Source: a virus
DNA length: 57,160 nt
Reading direction: 5' to 3' (one strand)
Virus record (IMG/VR): IMGVR_UViG_3300037493_005727
Location: 133,091-190,250 of that record
Shown here: positions 1-9,323 of the stretch, piece after piece
Layout of the letters: each line of letters begins with the position of its first letter
Numbering within the stretch: the stretch's first letter is position 1
The notes under the pieces: generated by a model
What the model was told of the DNA's origin: nothing
Database searches by the model: none
Seen by the model: only the letters and a program-made list of their open reading frames with translations
Program-made: the position numbers and the translations under genes

Positions 1-1
1 T

Positions 2-379
2 CTGCAGGTCGTGGCTGGGCTCGAGAAGCTGGCCTTGAGCGTCGACGCTCAAACATCGGAGCAGGCGCAGCCTCTTCTGGCAGGAGCTTGTGACGAGCTC
101 TTCGAAACAGTGAAGCAAGCCGCCGCCGATCGCGGAGAGCATCTTACCAGCGCCCTGTGGGGGTATCGCGAAGCTCACCGGACCACTGGTGAGAAGTTCG
201 CCGCCGCGGCGGAAGAGACCGCTGAGCTGCTACAGAAGCTGGCCACCGCCACCTACGTAGACGAGGTTCTCGACGCCAAGCTTGAGAAATTGTCCGGAGA
301 CGAGTACGACGCGGCCCGCCGGGTTCAGTTGCTGGGTCGGGAATACGCAGTAAATCTGATGCGAGGACTCTTTGCGTAA
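2..379 (+). CDS. hypothetical protein, 5'-truncated by window edge (coiled-coil-like C-terminus)
   Basis: ORF 11..379 stays open upstream to the window start in the same frame. Composition is natural and Ala/Glu/Leu-rich, and its stop overlaps the start of the next gene. Confidence 0.4.
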   Translation: MQVVAGLEKLALSVDAQTSEQAQPLLAGACDELFETVKQAAADRGEHLTSALWGYREAHRTTGEKFAAAAEETAELLQKLATATYVDEVLDAKLEKLSGDEYDAARRVQLLGREYAVNLMRGLFA

Positions 380-2369
380 GGTCTACGAACTCGACACGCA
401 CTTCGCTACCGGCGAAGCGACGGTTCAGCCCGTGCTCCTTTGGGGCGCGAATGGCCGTCCCTTGCGTGAGCGGTTCACCAAGACGGCTAGCGAAGCGTCG
501 GACTACATCCAAGCCGTTGAGCCGAAGCCTGGGACCAGCATCGTGCTGGTTCTCGCTCTCGGAGCCTACGAGACCTACGATCTCAACCGCAACGGTGATG
601 GGTTCAATGAGTTCCCGTTCAAGAACGGATTCAAGCCTACGTGCGGTTGCTGCCAAGCCGACGGAGCCTGGGTCACGCAGCAAGAGGTTCTCCCGAACCA
701 CTACAAGTCTTTCGAAGAGCACGGCAAGATTTACCGTCACCACCAGAACAAAGATCCGCAGAAAGCGTGCGGCGACGTGCTCAAGTCGTTCTGGAATCCT
801 CAGATGCATCGGGTTGAGCTACTCCTGGGACTCAGGAATGAGCTCGCCCCTGATCTGGCGGAACGGATTGCTTCGGGAGAATACCCCGCTGTTTCGATGG
901 GGTGCCGCATCAAGTACGACGTCTGTACTATCTGCGGACACAAGGCTCCGACGCGGAAGCAGTACTGCGACCATCTGAAATTTGGGATGCGGCAAGTAAC
1001 GCCGAGTGGCCTCCGCGCCGGAGCCCTCAACCCGTCCCCGAAGTTCTTCGACATCTCTTTCGTTGTGAAGCCTGCCGATCTCACCGGCTACATGATGAAG
1101 AAGGTCGCTGACGAGAGCGCCTACAGCGTTCGTACGTCCGCGGAGCTCGGGGAATACCTGGACAACGTCGAAGAGAAGCGGGCGGCTATCCGTAAGATCG
1201 CCGACATCGACAAGATTGTTCGCGGGACCCCTGTCGACCACAAGACGTCGCCCATCACTGAGCAAGAGGCTCGTGGGATCCAGCAGTACCGCGACATGAT
1301 TCTCCCCGCGGTCAAGGGGATGCCCAACCTTGACGACGGGACTATCAAGGAGCTGTCGAAGCACCCGGTGGCCCAGGTGCTCTCAACTCTCTCCGCCGCA
1401 GGCGTCATCCTCACGACCCCGGAATTCGTGAAGATGATTGTTGAGCGCCTGGCCCCGGGCACGCAAATCCCCGCGGCGGCGCTCGATGGAATCGTCGCGA
1501 TGCAGGGGCACATCTTCGACCTCTTCGCGCGGCACCCGCAGCTGCTCGAGCAGCTTGGGTCTACGGGGATGTTCGACCGTAGCGCTAGCAACGTCAACCC
1601 TGAGATTGGGGTCATCGCGGAGAAGTACCTCGAGAAGCGCTCGACGATCACCGACTACCTGTCCCGGCAGCTCCTGCCGCCACAGCTTCGGTCGGAAGAG
1701 CCGATGTGGACGGACCCTCTTCACGTGAGCGACCCGGCTACCGGTGAGAGGTATGAGACGACCCGCGGCGCTGCTCGCGAAGCTCACGATGAGATCGCGA
1801 AGAAGCAGCTCGCCAAGCTCCTGGGCACTGGGGCTCTTCTCGCCGTCGGAGGCCGTGTAGCCGCTGGGCTGGTTCCAAAGCATTTTCGCCCGCTGACGTG
1901 GGCGACCACTGGGCTGCTCGGGGCACAAGCCCTTCGCCCCGATTACGGGTCTCAGTACCTTACCGACGAAGGCATCACGATCCCCACGCTCACCGAGATG
2001 CGGAAGCAGGGGTCCAACAAGCACGCCGACCTGTCGTCCGTGGGCCTCCCCATCATGGGGTCAGCCGCCCTCGTCGCAGCGCTTGGGCACGACTACCTCT
2101 CACGTCTTCGCAGCGGGCAACCTGTGAATGAGCCCGAGGCTCCTTTGGGGCGCCGAGTGCTTGATCAGCTTGGTTCGTTTTACGCGGACAACCCCGCTCT
2201 TGGGGTTCTTGGTACCTTGGGCGCCTACGGTGGAATTCGGCACGCACTCGGGAAGTTCGCGGGGTACGTTGAGACGCTGGGTTCTCCGTCTTCGTCGGAC
2301 AGCGTTCTCTCCCCCGAAATTGACATCGACGATGTCGTTACGAAAATCGGTAGCGTTCTCCTGAGGTAG
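372..2369 (+). CDS. large virion morphogenesis protein (portal or prohead-associated candidate), 665 aa, with a Cys cluster CxxC...C.H
   Basis: Long ORF with natural composition, first in the capsid gene order and immediately followed by a scaffold-like gene. It contains a CTICGHK...YCDHL zinc-like motif and a Gly-rich C-terminal region. No family could be assigned from the sequence alone. Confidence 0.6.
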   Translation: MRKVYELDTHFATGEATVQPVLLWGANGRPLRERFTKTASEASDYIQAVEPKPGTSIVLVLALGAYETYDLNRNGDGFNEFPFKNGFKPTCGCCQADGAWVTQQEVLPNHYKSFEEHGKIYRHHQNKDPQKACGDVLKSFWNPQMHRVELLLGLRNELAPDLAERIASGEYPAVSMGCRIKYDVCTICGHKAPTRKQYCDHLKFGMRQVTPSGLRAGALNPSPKFFDISFVVKPADLTGYMMKKVADESAYSVRTSAELGEYLDNVEEKRAAIRKIADIDKIVRGTPVDHKTSPITEQEARGIQQYRDMILPAVKGMPNLDDGTIKELSKHPVAQVLSTLSAAGVILTTPEFVKMIVERLAPGTQIPAAALDGIVAMQGHIFDLFARHPQLLEQLGSTGMFDRSASNVNPEIGVIAEKYLEKRSTITDYLSRQLLPPQLRSEEPMWTDPLHVSDPATGERYETTRGAAREAHDEIAKKQLAKLLGTGALLAVGGRVAAGLVPKHFRPLTWATTGLLGAQALRPDYGSQYLTDEGITIPTLTEMRKQGSNKHADLSSVGLPIMGSAALVAALGHDYLSRLRSGQPVNEPEAPLGRRVLDQLGSFYADNPALGVLGTLGAYGGIRHALGKFAGYVETLGSPSSSDSVLSPEIDIDDVVTKIGSVLLR

Positions 2370-2424
2370 TTGTTTGTTTTTCCACGGGGGGTCTCCTAGA
2401 CTTCCTGCAACTGAGGGCTCACAC

Positions 2425-3009
2425 ATGAAGATCGACAGAATTCTTGCAGGCATCCGGGATACGCAGGCCGCCGAGAAGAAGGCAAGCGAGACCCCCGTTC
2501 CCGCGGTGGCTGAGAAGACCGCCTCAACGCAGACGGCGCTCGTGGCGGCTCTGAACGACGCCCTGGCCCCGAAGGACACCAAGGTCGCGTCTGCGTCCGA
2601 GGCGTCTCCCGTGGACGACGTCATGAAGGTGGCGCAGGAGCTCGCCGGTGCGGAGAAGGAGGCCGCCGTCAAGGAGGCCCAGATTCTTGGTACTGCTTTC
2701 GCCGACGCCGCCATCGCGCGTATGGCGGAGTGGAACAAGACCGCCGCCCAGATGGTCACCGCCGCTCCCGTTCAAGCGGTCCAGGGGAACAGCGACTTCG
2801 GCAAGTTCGCGAACGCGAATCCCGATCTCGTGAAGCAGGCAGCGCAGCTGGGCTACGAGAAGGCGAAGGCCGACCTCGAGAAGCAGGCCGAGGACTCGTA
2901 CGTCCAGGGCTACAACGACACCGTCGAGACGATCCACAAGACCGCCTCGCTCGAGTTCCTGAAGGCCGCCGCGATCACCTCGCAGATCATCGACGCCTCG
3001 ACCCGGTAA
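2425..3009 (+). CDS. scaffolding-like protein (Ala/Lys/Glu-rich, predicted helical)
   Basis: The ATG at 2425 is preceded by GAGGG. The low-complexity A/K/E/Q-rich helical composition and its position between the portal-like and capsid genes are typical of scaffold proteins. Confidence 0.5.
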   Translation: MKIDRILAGIRDTQAAEKKASETPVPAVAEKTASTQTALVAALNDALAPKDTKVASASEASPVDDVMKVAQELAGAEKEAAVKEAQILGTAFADAAIARMAEWNKTAAQMVTAAPVQAVQGNSDFGKFANANPDLVKQAAQLGYEKAKADLEKQAEDSYVQGYNDTVETIHKTASLEFLKAAAITSQIIDASTR

Positions 3010-3013
3010 CGCC

Positions 3014-3166
3014 ATGTACGATGCCGTCACTCGCGAGACCTATGCGCAGCTCTTCAAGTTGGCGGAGGCCAAGTTGCCTCCGTCTGTTCGTGAAGAGACC
3101 GTGAAGGCCGCGAGTGTCGACCCCGTTGTCTCCAAGGCGTTGTTGGATCGGTGGAGCAAGTCATGA
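3014..3166 (+). CDS. small hypothetical protein (50 aa)
   Basis: Short ORF not in the track (under 60 aa). It ends in an ATGA overlap with the next start. Confidence 0.3.
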   Translation: MYDAVTRETYAQLFKLAEAKLPPSVREETVKAASVDPVVSKALLDRWSKS

Positions 3167-3378
3167 AAGACCTCAGCCAACTCGCGGCATCTGTGCTGAA
3201 AGAAGTAGAGCAGGGGCAGTTGGTGAAACAGGCGGAGTTGGCCTATACCAAAGAGCAAGCCCTGAAGACGGAGTCAGGGAAGATGTTGCATAAGCTCGCC
3301 GAGCAGCTTCGGATCGCAGGAACGTCGAACATCACCTACACTGACTTGGCGCGTTTTCGGAAAACCTATGACGTCTGA
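3163..3378 (+). CDS. small hypothetical protein (track ORF 3151..3378, GTG-extended)
   Basis: The ATG at 3163 overlaps the upstream stop (ATGA). The composition is helical and Lys/Glu-rich. Confidence 0.4.
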   Translation: MKDLSQLAASVLKEVEQGQLVKQAELAYTKEQALKTESGKMLHKLAEQLRIAGTSNITYTDLARFRKTYDV

Positions 3379-3518
3379 GAATCTCAAAAAGCTGGCCACT
3401 CTCCTTCGTGAGGAAGCTGCGTCTGCTGCTGCGGCGACCCAAGTGAAGTGTGGTCAAGTTCTTCAGGCGGCAACGGCCTTGAACATCCTTCGCGCAAAGG
3501 TGGCCCATGTCCGCTGAA
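3369..3518 (+). CDS. small hypothetical protein (49 aa)
   Basis: Short ORF bridging 3378 and 3507. Its stop overlaps the ATG of the next gene. Confidence 0.25.
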
Positions 3519-3872
3519 TTTCTTTTGAAGGTCGCTACTGTCCTCGAGGAGACCGCGAAGATCATCGACGGTCACGAGGTCGAGAAGGCCGCTGCGGTGA
3601 AGACGGCGCGAGACGCTGCTCTCAAGAGCGTCGCTGACAAGTACACAGAGGCCACGGGTGAAGAGATCCCGTCCGAAGTGTTTGACAAGCTTTCCTCGTC
3701 TGGAGAGGATGTTCTGTCGACCGTGAAGCAGTTGCTCGAGAAGACGGCGGGCAGCAGCGGAGTGGAGAGTCTCGGCAGGTCCAGCGAGAAGTCAGCACAG
3801 AAGCAGCCGACAACGAAAAAGGAAGCGGCGGAGGCCGCCTACGAGCGGTTTGGTAATTTCATCAATTCCTAA
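3507..3872 (+). CDS. hypothetical coiled-coil protein (121 aa)
   Basis: The ORF has A/E/K-rich natural composition. Confidence 0.5.
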   Translation: MSAEFLLKVATVLEETAKIIDGHEVEKAAAVKTARDAALKSVADKYTEATGEEIPSEVFDKLSSSGEDVLSTVKQLLEKTAGSSGVESLGRSSEKSAQKQPTTKKEAAEAAYERFGNFINS

Positions 3873-3908
3873 CGCCCACCAGGCGGATAGAAAGCAGGGA
3901 GACACGCA

Positions 3909-4400
3909 ATGAGCATCCTGAACTCGAAGTTTGACATCGTTTCTGTAGACAACCCGGTTGCGCTGGCGGCTCTGGCGCAGGTCCTCGTGGTCCCTGGTGG
4001 GATGACGCTCAACTCGGAGGGCACCCCTGTCGCGGGTACCATCCCGGCGGGCGCCATCGTCAGGATGGATCTCGTCACTGGCGAGGCCGTTCTTGCCACC
4101 ACCGCTGACGTGGTTGCCAACCGCCTCAACGCGGTGATGGCGTTCGTCACCATCGACGGCAACAAGGACTTCTCCGGCGCCTTCGTGCAGAAGCTCACCG
4201 TTCTGAACGGCGGCTTCACGATGTCGACCGATCAGTACGACGCCGGTGCGTACACCCCTGGCAAGCTGGTGTCGTTCAACGCCGGGAAGATCAAGCTCGC
4301 TGGCGCGACGGACCAAATCATCGGGGTTGTTGGCCCGGCTGGTCTCGACGCAGTGAACGGGGTTCTCCAGGTCATTGTTCCCCAGGGTGGTCTGACCTAA
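3909..4400 (+). CDS. virion protein, possible head decoration or capsid accessory protein (163 aa)
   Basis: GGGAGA RBS. Gly/Val/Ala-rich beta-type composition, immediately upstream of the probable capsid gene. Confidence 0.55.
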   Translation: MSILNSKFDIVSVDNPVALAALAQVLVVPGGMTLNSEGTPVAGTIPAGAIVRMDLVTGEAVLATTADVVANRLNAVMAFVTIDGNKDFSGAFVQKLTVLNGGFTMSTDQYDAGAYTPGKLVSFNAGKIKLAGATDQIIGVVGPAGLDAVNGVLQVIVPQGGLT

Positions 4401-4467
4401 GTTCGTACTACGCAACATTCACGCTGATGCCGGGATTCGCCCGGAACATGTTGGAGGAGACTGATAC

Positions 4468-5376
4468 ATGGCTTACAAGACCGAAACGCAGCAAGTCTCC
4501 GCCCAGTTCGTAAACTCGAACTTCGTCAAGAAGATCGAGGATGGGCGGATCAAGGAAGCAGCAGCCGAGGGCTCGGCGTTCATTCGCGAGTTCGTTCGCC
4601 AGGAGTCGTACGCGCGTGAGATTCTCACGCCCGTCCTGCTCCAGGATGACGAGATCGACCGTGACGAGAACACGGACGAGCCCAAGAAGATCGTAGAGAA
4701 GGAGCCCAAGTCGGTGGCCACCTTCGTGCAGTTCCAGGGAGCAGGTCCTCGGACCTGGTTCAAGGGACCGCGCTACTCGGTCTTCTTCGGCAAGACGGAA
4801 AGCCAGCACTTCACCAAGTCGAAGTTCCAGCTGATGACCTACCAGAACGACATCCGGAAGATGCTTTCGGACAACTCTGTGAAGGACATGGCGGACCAGG
4901 AAGACTCGAAGTGGCAGCAGACGGTCGACGCGCTCATCGCGGCGAACCCTCTCGAGCAGAACGTCAACGCTGGCGGGTTCAACTCCACCGCGTTCAAGTC
5001 AGGCTTCCAGAAGATGGTTGGTCGTCGCCGTCCGATCGGCAAGATGACCATGACCAAGGGCCTGTACTACGAGGCTCTCGATCTGGTGGCCACCAGCGTC
5101 GGTAACGACGTGGCGTCGCGGCACTACGACGACGGCGTGGAGAACGAGGAGAAGCTCTGGGGCTTCCCGGTCATCACGACCATCAAGTCGACCATCCACG
5201 ACCCGAAGAAGGCGTACATCTACTCGCCTGAGAACTACCTGGGCAACTTCTTCCTGCTCCAGGATGCGACGCTGTACATCAAGCAGGAGGCTGACACCAT
5301 CACCTTCTGGACGTACGCGGCCCCCGGCATCGGCATCGGTAACCGCCTGTCGATTCAGTCAATCACCTTCCCGTAA
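4468..5376 (+). CDS. probable major capsid protein (302 aa)
   Basis: It has the strongest RBS in the block (GGAGGAG). The position after the portal-like, scaffold and decoration-like genes fits a capsid gene. It is followed directly by a strong GC hairpin terminator, as is typical for highly expressed capsid genes. Confidence 0.55.
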   Translation: MAYKTETQQVSAQFVNSNFVKKIEDGRIKEAAAEGSAFIREFVRQESYAREILTPVLLQDDEIDRDENTDEPKKIVEKEPKSVATFVQFQGAGPRTWFKGPRYSVFFGKTESQHFTKSKFQLMTYQNDIRKMLSDNSVKDMADQEDSKWQQTVDALIAANPLEQNVNAGGFNSTAFKSGFQKMVGRRRPIGKMTMTKGLYYEALDLVATSVGNDVASRHYDDGVENEEKLWGFPVITTIKSTIHDPKKAYIYSPENYLGNFFLLQDATLYIKQEADTITFWTYAAPGIGIGNRLSIQSITFP

Positions 5377-5398
5377 GTACCGGGCAGGCTGTAGGCTA

Positions 5399-5435
5399 GG
5401 GACGTCTGGACTCTTCCAGGCGTCCCTTTCCATTT
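5399..5435 (+). terminator. rho-independent terminator after the capsid-like gene
   Basis: GGGACGTCTGG-ACTCTT-CCAGGCGTCCC forms an 11-bp stem with one mismatch. It is followed by TTTCCATTT. Confidence 0.6.
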
Positions 5436-5447
5436 GGGGCGTGCGCG

Positions 5448-5690
5448 ATGATCGTAACCGGCCCATCCAGAAGCACTGAGGTCTACGGTGAGACCCCGTC
5501 GGGCTTCATCAATGGGGTCAATGCGACCTTCCTCACGACGTTCCCCTTCCGCGCAAATAGTGAACGCCTGTACCTCAACGGCGTACGCCAGAAGCGGGTT
5601 AATGACTACGTCGTGATCCCTCCGGCTACGTTGGTCTTCGTTCTCGCTCCGAGAACAAACGACCATGTGCTAGTGGACTACCTACGATGA
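5448..5690 (+). CDS. hypothetical protein (80 aa)
   Basis: ORF whose stop overlaps the next start. Confidence 0.45.
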   Translation: MIVTGPSRSTEVYGETPSGFINGVNATFLTTFPFRANSERLYLNGVRQKRVNDYVVIPPATLVFVLAPRTNDHVLVDYLR

Positions 5691-5917
5691 CGCCCGGATG
5701 TTTCTCCACCGATAAGATAGGCTTAGCCTGCTACCTGATGATCAAGGGAGCGGAGCTAACCAGCATCCACGGAAAGAGCCGGGGGCGGGCTACGTTTACG
5801 TTCAAGCTACCCCCCGCGGAAGCAGTCACCCAGGAATTGGCCTATACTACGTCAGACCATTCAAGGTTCTTCGAAGCGTTCAAATACCTAAGAGGACGCG
5901 CCCTGCGGGGCGAGTAG
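5687..5917 (+). CDS. hypothetical protein (76 aa)
   Basis: ORF in tandem with translational coupling. Confidence 0.4.
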   Translation: MTPGCFSTDKIGLACYLMIKGAELTSIHGKSRGRATFTFKLPPAEAVTQELAYTTSDHSRFFEAFKYLRGRALRGE

Positions 5918-5956
5918 ACCCCACTTTACGTAGTAGCCCGACGCAGGAGATAACAC

Positions 5957-7513
5957 ATGGCGCGCACTTTCATTCGACAAGATACGCAGATCCGAAACTC
6001 AGACGTCTATGACGACACGCTCGTCGTAGGCTCAACTCTCGAGTCCGCCTCGACGGAGATCGAGACCGACCTCAACGCCATCCGCTCGCAGGCCAAGCGC
6101 GCCCTCTTCGCGGACAACGCGGGTGACTGGTTCGCGGACATCAACGTCCCCTCCGCGCTCGACACCGGCACCAAGCGAGGCATCACCAACCTGAACACCG
6201 ACCTCCACGACTTGGAGCGCAAGCGGGTGCTGGTCGCGGTGGACAAGTTCCTCACCGACATCACGGTCGGCGCGGTGGACAACTTCAAGATTCTGGCTCT
6301 CGGTGAGCTGCCCCCCAACACCACGGCGGCTGTCGGCGCGGTGACCACGCGGGGCACCGTCGCAGCGTTCCACACCGGCACCTTCGGGACGCACGCACTG
6401 GATGAGGTGTCGGGCTCCTCCGACATCACTCCGAAGAACCTCTGCAACATCGTGGACTCGGTGACGCACGACCCGATTCTGTCGAGTGGCCGCGTCGTCT
6501 ACGCCCTCTTCCAGACGGAGACGGTGACGGATGGGCACGCGATGACGGACACCACGCCCGTCCGCGCCCAGCTCTCCTTCGTGCGCCTGAACGCGGGCGG
6601 TACGGACCTCGAAGCCTGTCCCGCAGCCGACATCCAGACAAAGATCATCCACTACTCCGCCCCTGAGCGGAAGGCGTTGGAAGACCTCAACGAGCAGGAC
6701 TTCCTGCGTGGCGCGGTGACGGACATCGCCGCGGCAACCACCGTGACCCGGCAGGTCGCTTACAATAATCAGGGCACCACCCCGGTGGACCTCACCACCA
6801 ACGCGACCCTCGATCTTGAGGGTCCGGGGCTGACGTGGATCATCCGCGACGACACGCAGGCCAACCTCTTCCGGATTCTGGAGGGGAGCGCGGGCGGCAC
6901 CAGCGAGGTGCAGCTCGGCACCGACGTTGACGTGTTCAACGTGGACGCCATCGTCAACGACTTCGCGGAGGGCATCCGGGCAGATACAGGAGGTCAACGC
7001 ATCGATGTCGGTGTCAACGCCGGTGTCGTTGAGTCGACCGGCGCGAACGACCTCCGCATCCTCGGCGCAGCTGAATTGTTCCTGGATGACGGCAACCAGA
7101 CTGGCTCGACGTGGGCGCAGACGAATGGCATCAAGCTCTCCGACACTCAGGCGGAGTGGAACCTCTTCGAGACGAACTTCGGCGAAGTGTCCCTGCTCAA
7201 CGCCATTAACCAGGCGAAGAACACCTCGGCTCGCAACACCAAGATGTACGCCAACGTCACCGTGACCACGGACGCCAACCTCGATGTGAGCCTGGCGGAC
7301 GGCAACCTCGACACGGCGCTCCCGGCGATGAACGCTGGCAGCTTCCTCACCGACTACGACGTGTTCCTCAACGGAAACCTCCTCCGTCCTGGAGCCAACG
7401 CCGCGGCGAACAACGACTACTACCCAGGCACAACCATCACAGCTCCGGCGAAACTCAAGTTCGAGTTCAAGGTCAAGAACGAAGACGTTCTCTGCGTCAT
7501 TCCCTACGCATAA
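5957..7513 (+). CDS. large structural protein (518 aa), beta-rich Thr/Ala/Asp/Asn composition
   Basis: AGGAGA RBS with a long ORF. The composition is typical of virion beta-structure proteins (capsid, sheath or tail-tube class). The antisense 577-aa ORF is Arg/Gly-rich shadow. Confidence 0.65.
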   Translation: MARTFIRQDTQIRNSDVYDDTLVVGSTLESASTEIETDLNAIRSQAKRALFADNAGDWFADINVPSALDTGTKRGITNLNTDLHDLERKRVLVAVDKFLTDITVGAVDNFKILALGELPPNTTAAVGAVTTRGTVAAFHTGTFGTHALDEVSGSSDITPKNLCNIVDSVTHDPILSSGRVVYALFQTETVTDGHAMTDTTPVRAQLSFVRLNAGGTDLEACPAADIQTKIIHYSAPERKALEDLNEQDFLRGAVTDIAAATTVTRQVAYNNQGTTPVDLTTNATLDLEGPGLTWIIRDDTQANLFRILEGSAGGTSEVQLGTDVDVFNVDAIVNDFAEGIRADTGGQRIDVGVNAGVVESTGANDLRILGAAELFLDDGNQTGSTWAQTNGIKLSDTQAEWNLFETNFGEVSLLNAINQAKNTSARNTKMYANVTVTTDANLDVSLADGNLDTALPAMNAGSFLTDYDVFLNGNLLRPGANAAANNDYYPGTTITAPAKLKFEFKVKNEDVLCVIPYA

Positions 7514-7535
7514 CTCTTGAGGTAGAAGGTGCCCC

Positions 7536-8141
7536 ATGAGCGTCCTCAAATCCGAATTGAAGCAGCTTGTCACACAAGAGGTTGGTGTTCGGGTTGAGGA
7601 TGCTCTTGAGGGCGCTCGGAATGATTTGTTTGTGCTGGAAGGGCGCCAGGCCGGATTCTTCGAAGGCGCGAAGATCGCGGAAGCGCTCCTCGGTTTCGTC
7701 GACAAGGACTTGACGGAGGGGCTTCTCGAGCTCCCCGTTGCTGCTGAGGTGAAGAAGTACGTCACCCGCTGCGTTCACGCGCTGAACAACGCCGGGCAGA
7801 ACGCTTCGAACCTTCGCATTGAGCAGAATGGCAAGGTCAAAGCGCTCACCCAGACGGTGTCCATGCTCAGCGACATCGTTGAGAAAGAAAAAGCCAAAGC
7901 CGCCGCGATTCTTGCGGCAGAGGCCGCTCCCCCTCCAGAGAACGCACGAGATCGGGTGATGGGCGTAGCTCCTGTGAGCATCAAGGAACTTCGTCTCGCC
8001 GAAGAAGCGGTGACGGCTCCGGCCCCCGCCGCTCCGGAACCTGTCGCGGTTCCCGCGCCGGTCGCTGCTCCCCCGGCACCTCTCGTTCGCTTCTCTCCCA
8101 AGGGGCGCGGCGGGAGGAAATCGCGTGCCTCTAACTCCTGA
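7536..8141 (+). CDS. hypothetical virion-associated protein with a Pro/Ala-rich C-terminus (201 aa)
   Basis: The ORF has an APAPAAPEPVAVPAPVAAPPAP linker. Confidence 0.5.
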   Translation: MSVLKSELKQLVTQEVGVRVEDALEGARNDLFVLEGRQAGFFEGAKIAEALLGFVDKDLTEGLLELPVAAEVKKYVTRCVHALNNAGQNASNLRIEQNGKVKALTQTVSMLSDIVEKEKAKAAAILAAEAAPPPENARDRVMGVAPVSIKELRLAEEAVTAPAPAAPEPVAVPAPVAAPPAPLVRFSPKGRGGRKSRASNS

Positions 8142-8586
8142 TCGACGACATGGACCCCTTGAAGAAGATGAGGGTATCAATCTAAGCCCGCAGGCGGTTG
8201 TTCCAGCCGTCAACGGAGAGTTACGCTACGTCGCGGGAACAGGTTTTCAATTTTTCGATGAAGGTGTTCTTAAGGGACTCAGCGGTTCTGGCATCACCGC
8301 GCCGCAGCATGAAGTTCTGGACACGCTCGTCCATGATCTGTCGGAGACTTGCTATTTTGAAGTGACGCGCTCACTCGGCAAGGCGACAGCCCTCACATAC
8401 TGGACCTCCCCAGCGAAGACGATGAAAGTTCGTGAGACTCTCATTACTCGATCTCTGGGGAGAGTTTCTCAGATTGTAGAGAACCAGTACGACGGTACCG
8501 GTGCTCTTGTTCAAACCCTGACCACTGTGTTCACACGTGGCGTCGGTAATCGCGTAGTCTCCGCGCAGCTCACGGAGACGCCATGA
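8125..8586 (+). CDS. hypothetical protein (153 aa), in a locally AT-richer segment
   Basis: ORF with local GC of about 50% against about 60% in the flanks. Confidence 0.5.
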   Translation: MPLTPDRRHGPLEEDEGINLSPQAVVPAVNGELRYVAGTGFQFFDEGVLKGLSGSGITAPQHEVLDTLVHDLSETCYFEVTRSLGKATALTYWTSPAKTMKVRETLITRSLGRVSQIVENQYDGTGALVQTLTTVFTRGVGNRVVSAQLTETP

Positions 8587-9311
8587 CCACCTACGTCATC
8601 GCCGAAATTGACGGCCCGGTAGAGGCCAACATCACGGGGGCCGTCTTTCCGCAGTTGGCGGTAGCATTGGTAGCGCCTCTGGCGGTGTCCGTCGCTGCTG
8701 GATACTACGAGATCGGCGGCGTGCGGGGACAGTACCCGGGTGTTGGATCTATCGCTGTCACCGACAACGCGACCAACTACGTCTTCCTCAACAGTGCCGG
8801 TGCTCTCGTCATCAACACGACAGGGTTCCCGGGAGTAAATCACCTTCGCCTCGCCCAGGTCTTCACCTCGGGCGGCGTCATCCTCAACACCATCGATGTT
8901 CGCCCTTTCTTCACGGCGACTTCTCCTCAAACAGCTGACGATACATTCGTCTTCGCGGCGGGCGGTCTTGGGCTTTCGACGACTCCCCGCTTCCTGCCGT
9001 TTGGTCTCGCGTCGAACAACGCTCCAACGTCGCCCGTCTCTCTTCGAGCGGCGAGAGCGGGAACGTTTTCGAACATGCGAGTGCGCCACAATCTTACGGG
9101 CACGGGCGGCAACATCACCTATACCTTGAGAGTAAACGGGGTGGATTCCGTTCTCACAGTTACGGCTACCGCCGCATCGACGGGAGGGACTGATTTAGTC
9201 AACTCCGTTTTCGTCGCAGCAGACGACTTAATTGATCTAAGAGTCACCAAGGCAGCCGCCATCACAAACAGTCCTTCCGAAGTAACTGCGACTCTCGAAT
9301 TCAACATCTAG
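8583..9311 (+). CDS. fibre-like structural protein (242 aa); its C-terminal ~75-aa domain is paralogous to the C-terminus of 9324..10952
   Basis: GGAGA RBS. The C-terminus NLTGTGGNITYTLRVNG...DLIDLRVTK...SPSEVTATLEF matches NTAGTGASNLTFTLRKNG...DLIDLTVTK...SPSAVVASVEY. Confidence 0.6.
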   Translation: MTTYVIAEIDGPVEANITGAVFPQLAVALVAPLAVSVAAGYYEIGGVRGQYPGVGSIAVTDNATNYVFLNSAGALVINTTGFPGVNHLRLAQVFTSGGVILNTIDVRPFFTATSPQTADDTFVFAAGGLGLSTTPRFLPFGLASNNAPTSPVSLRAARAGTFSNMRVRHNLTGTGGNITYTLRVNGVDSVLTVTATAASTGGTDLVNSVFVAADDLIDLRVTKAAAITNSPSEVTATLEFNI

Positions 9312-9323
9312 GAGTAGAACAAC

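Noticed and set aside
6032-7765. 577-aa bottom-strand ORF overlapping the 518-aa structural gene; similar long antisense ORFs at 9837..11312, 18426..19580, 19998..20876 and 25944..26819
   Set aside because: These have Arg/Gly/Val/Asp-rich composition typical of antisense frames in high-GC coding DNA. They lack RBS and overlap well-supported sense genes.
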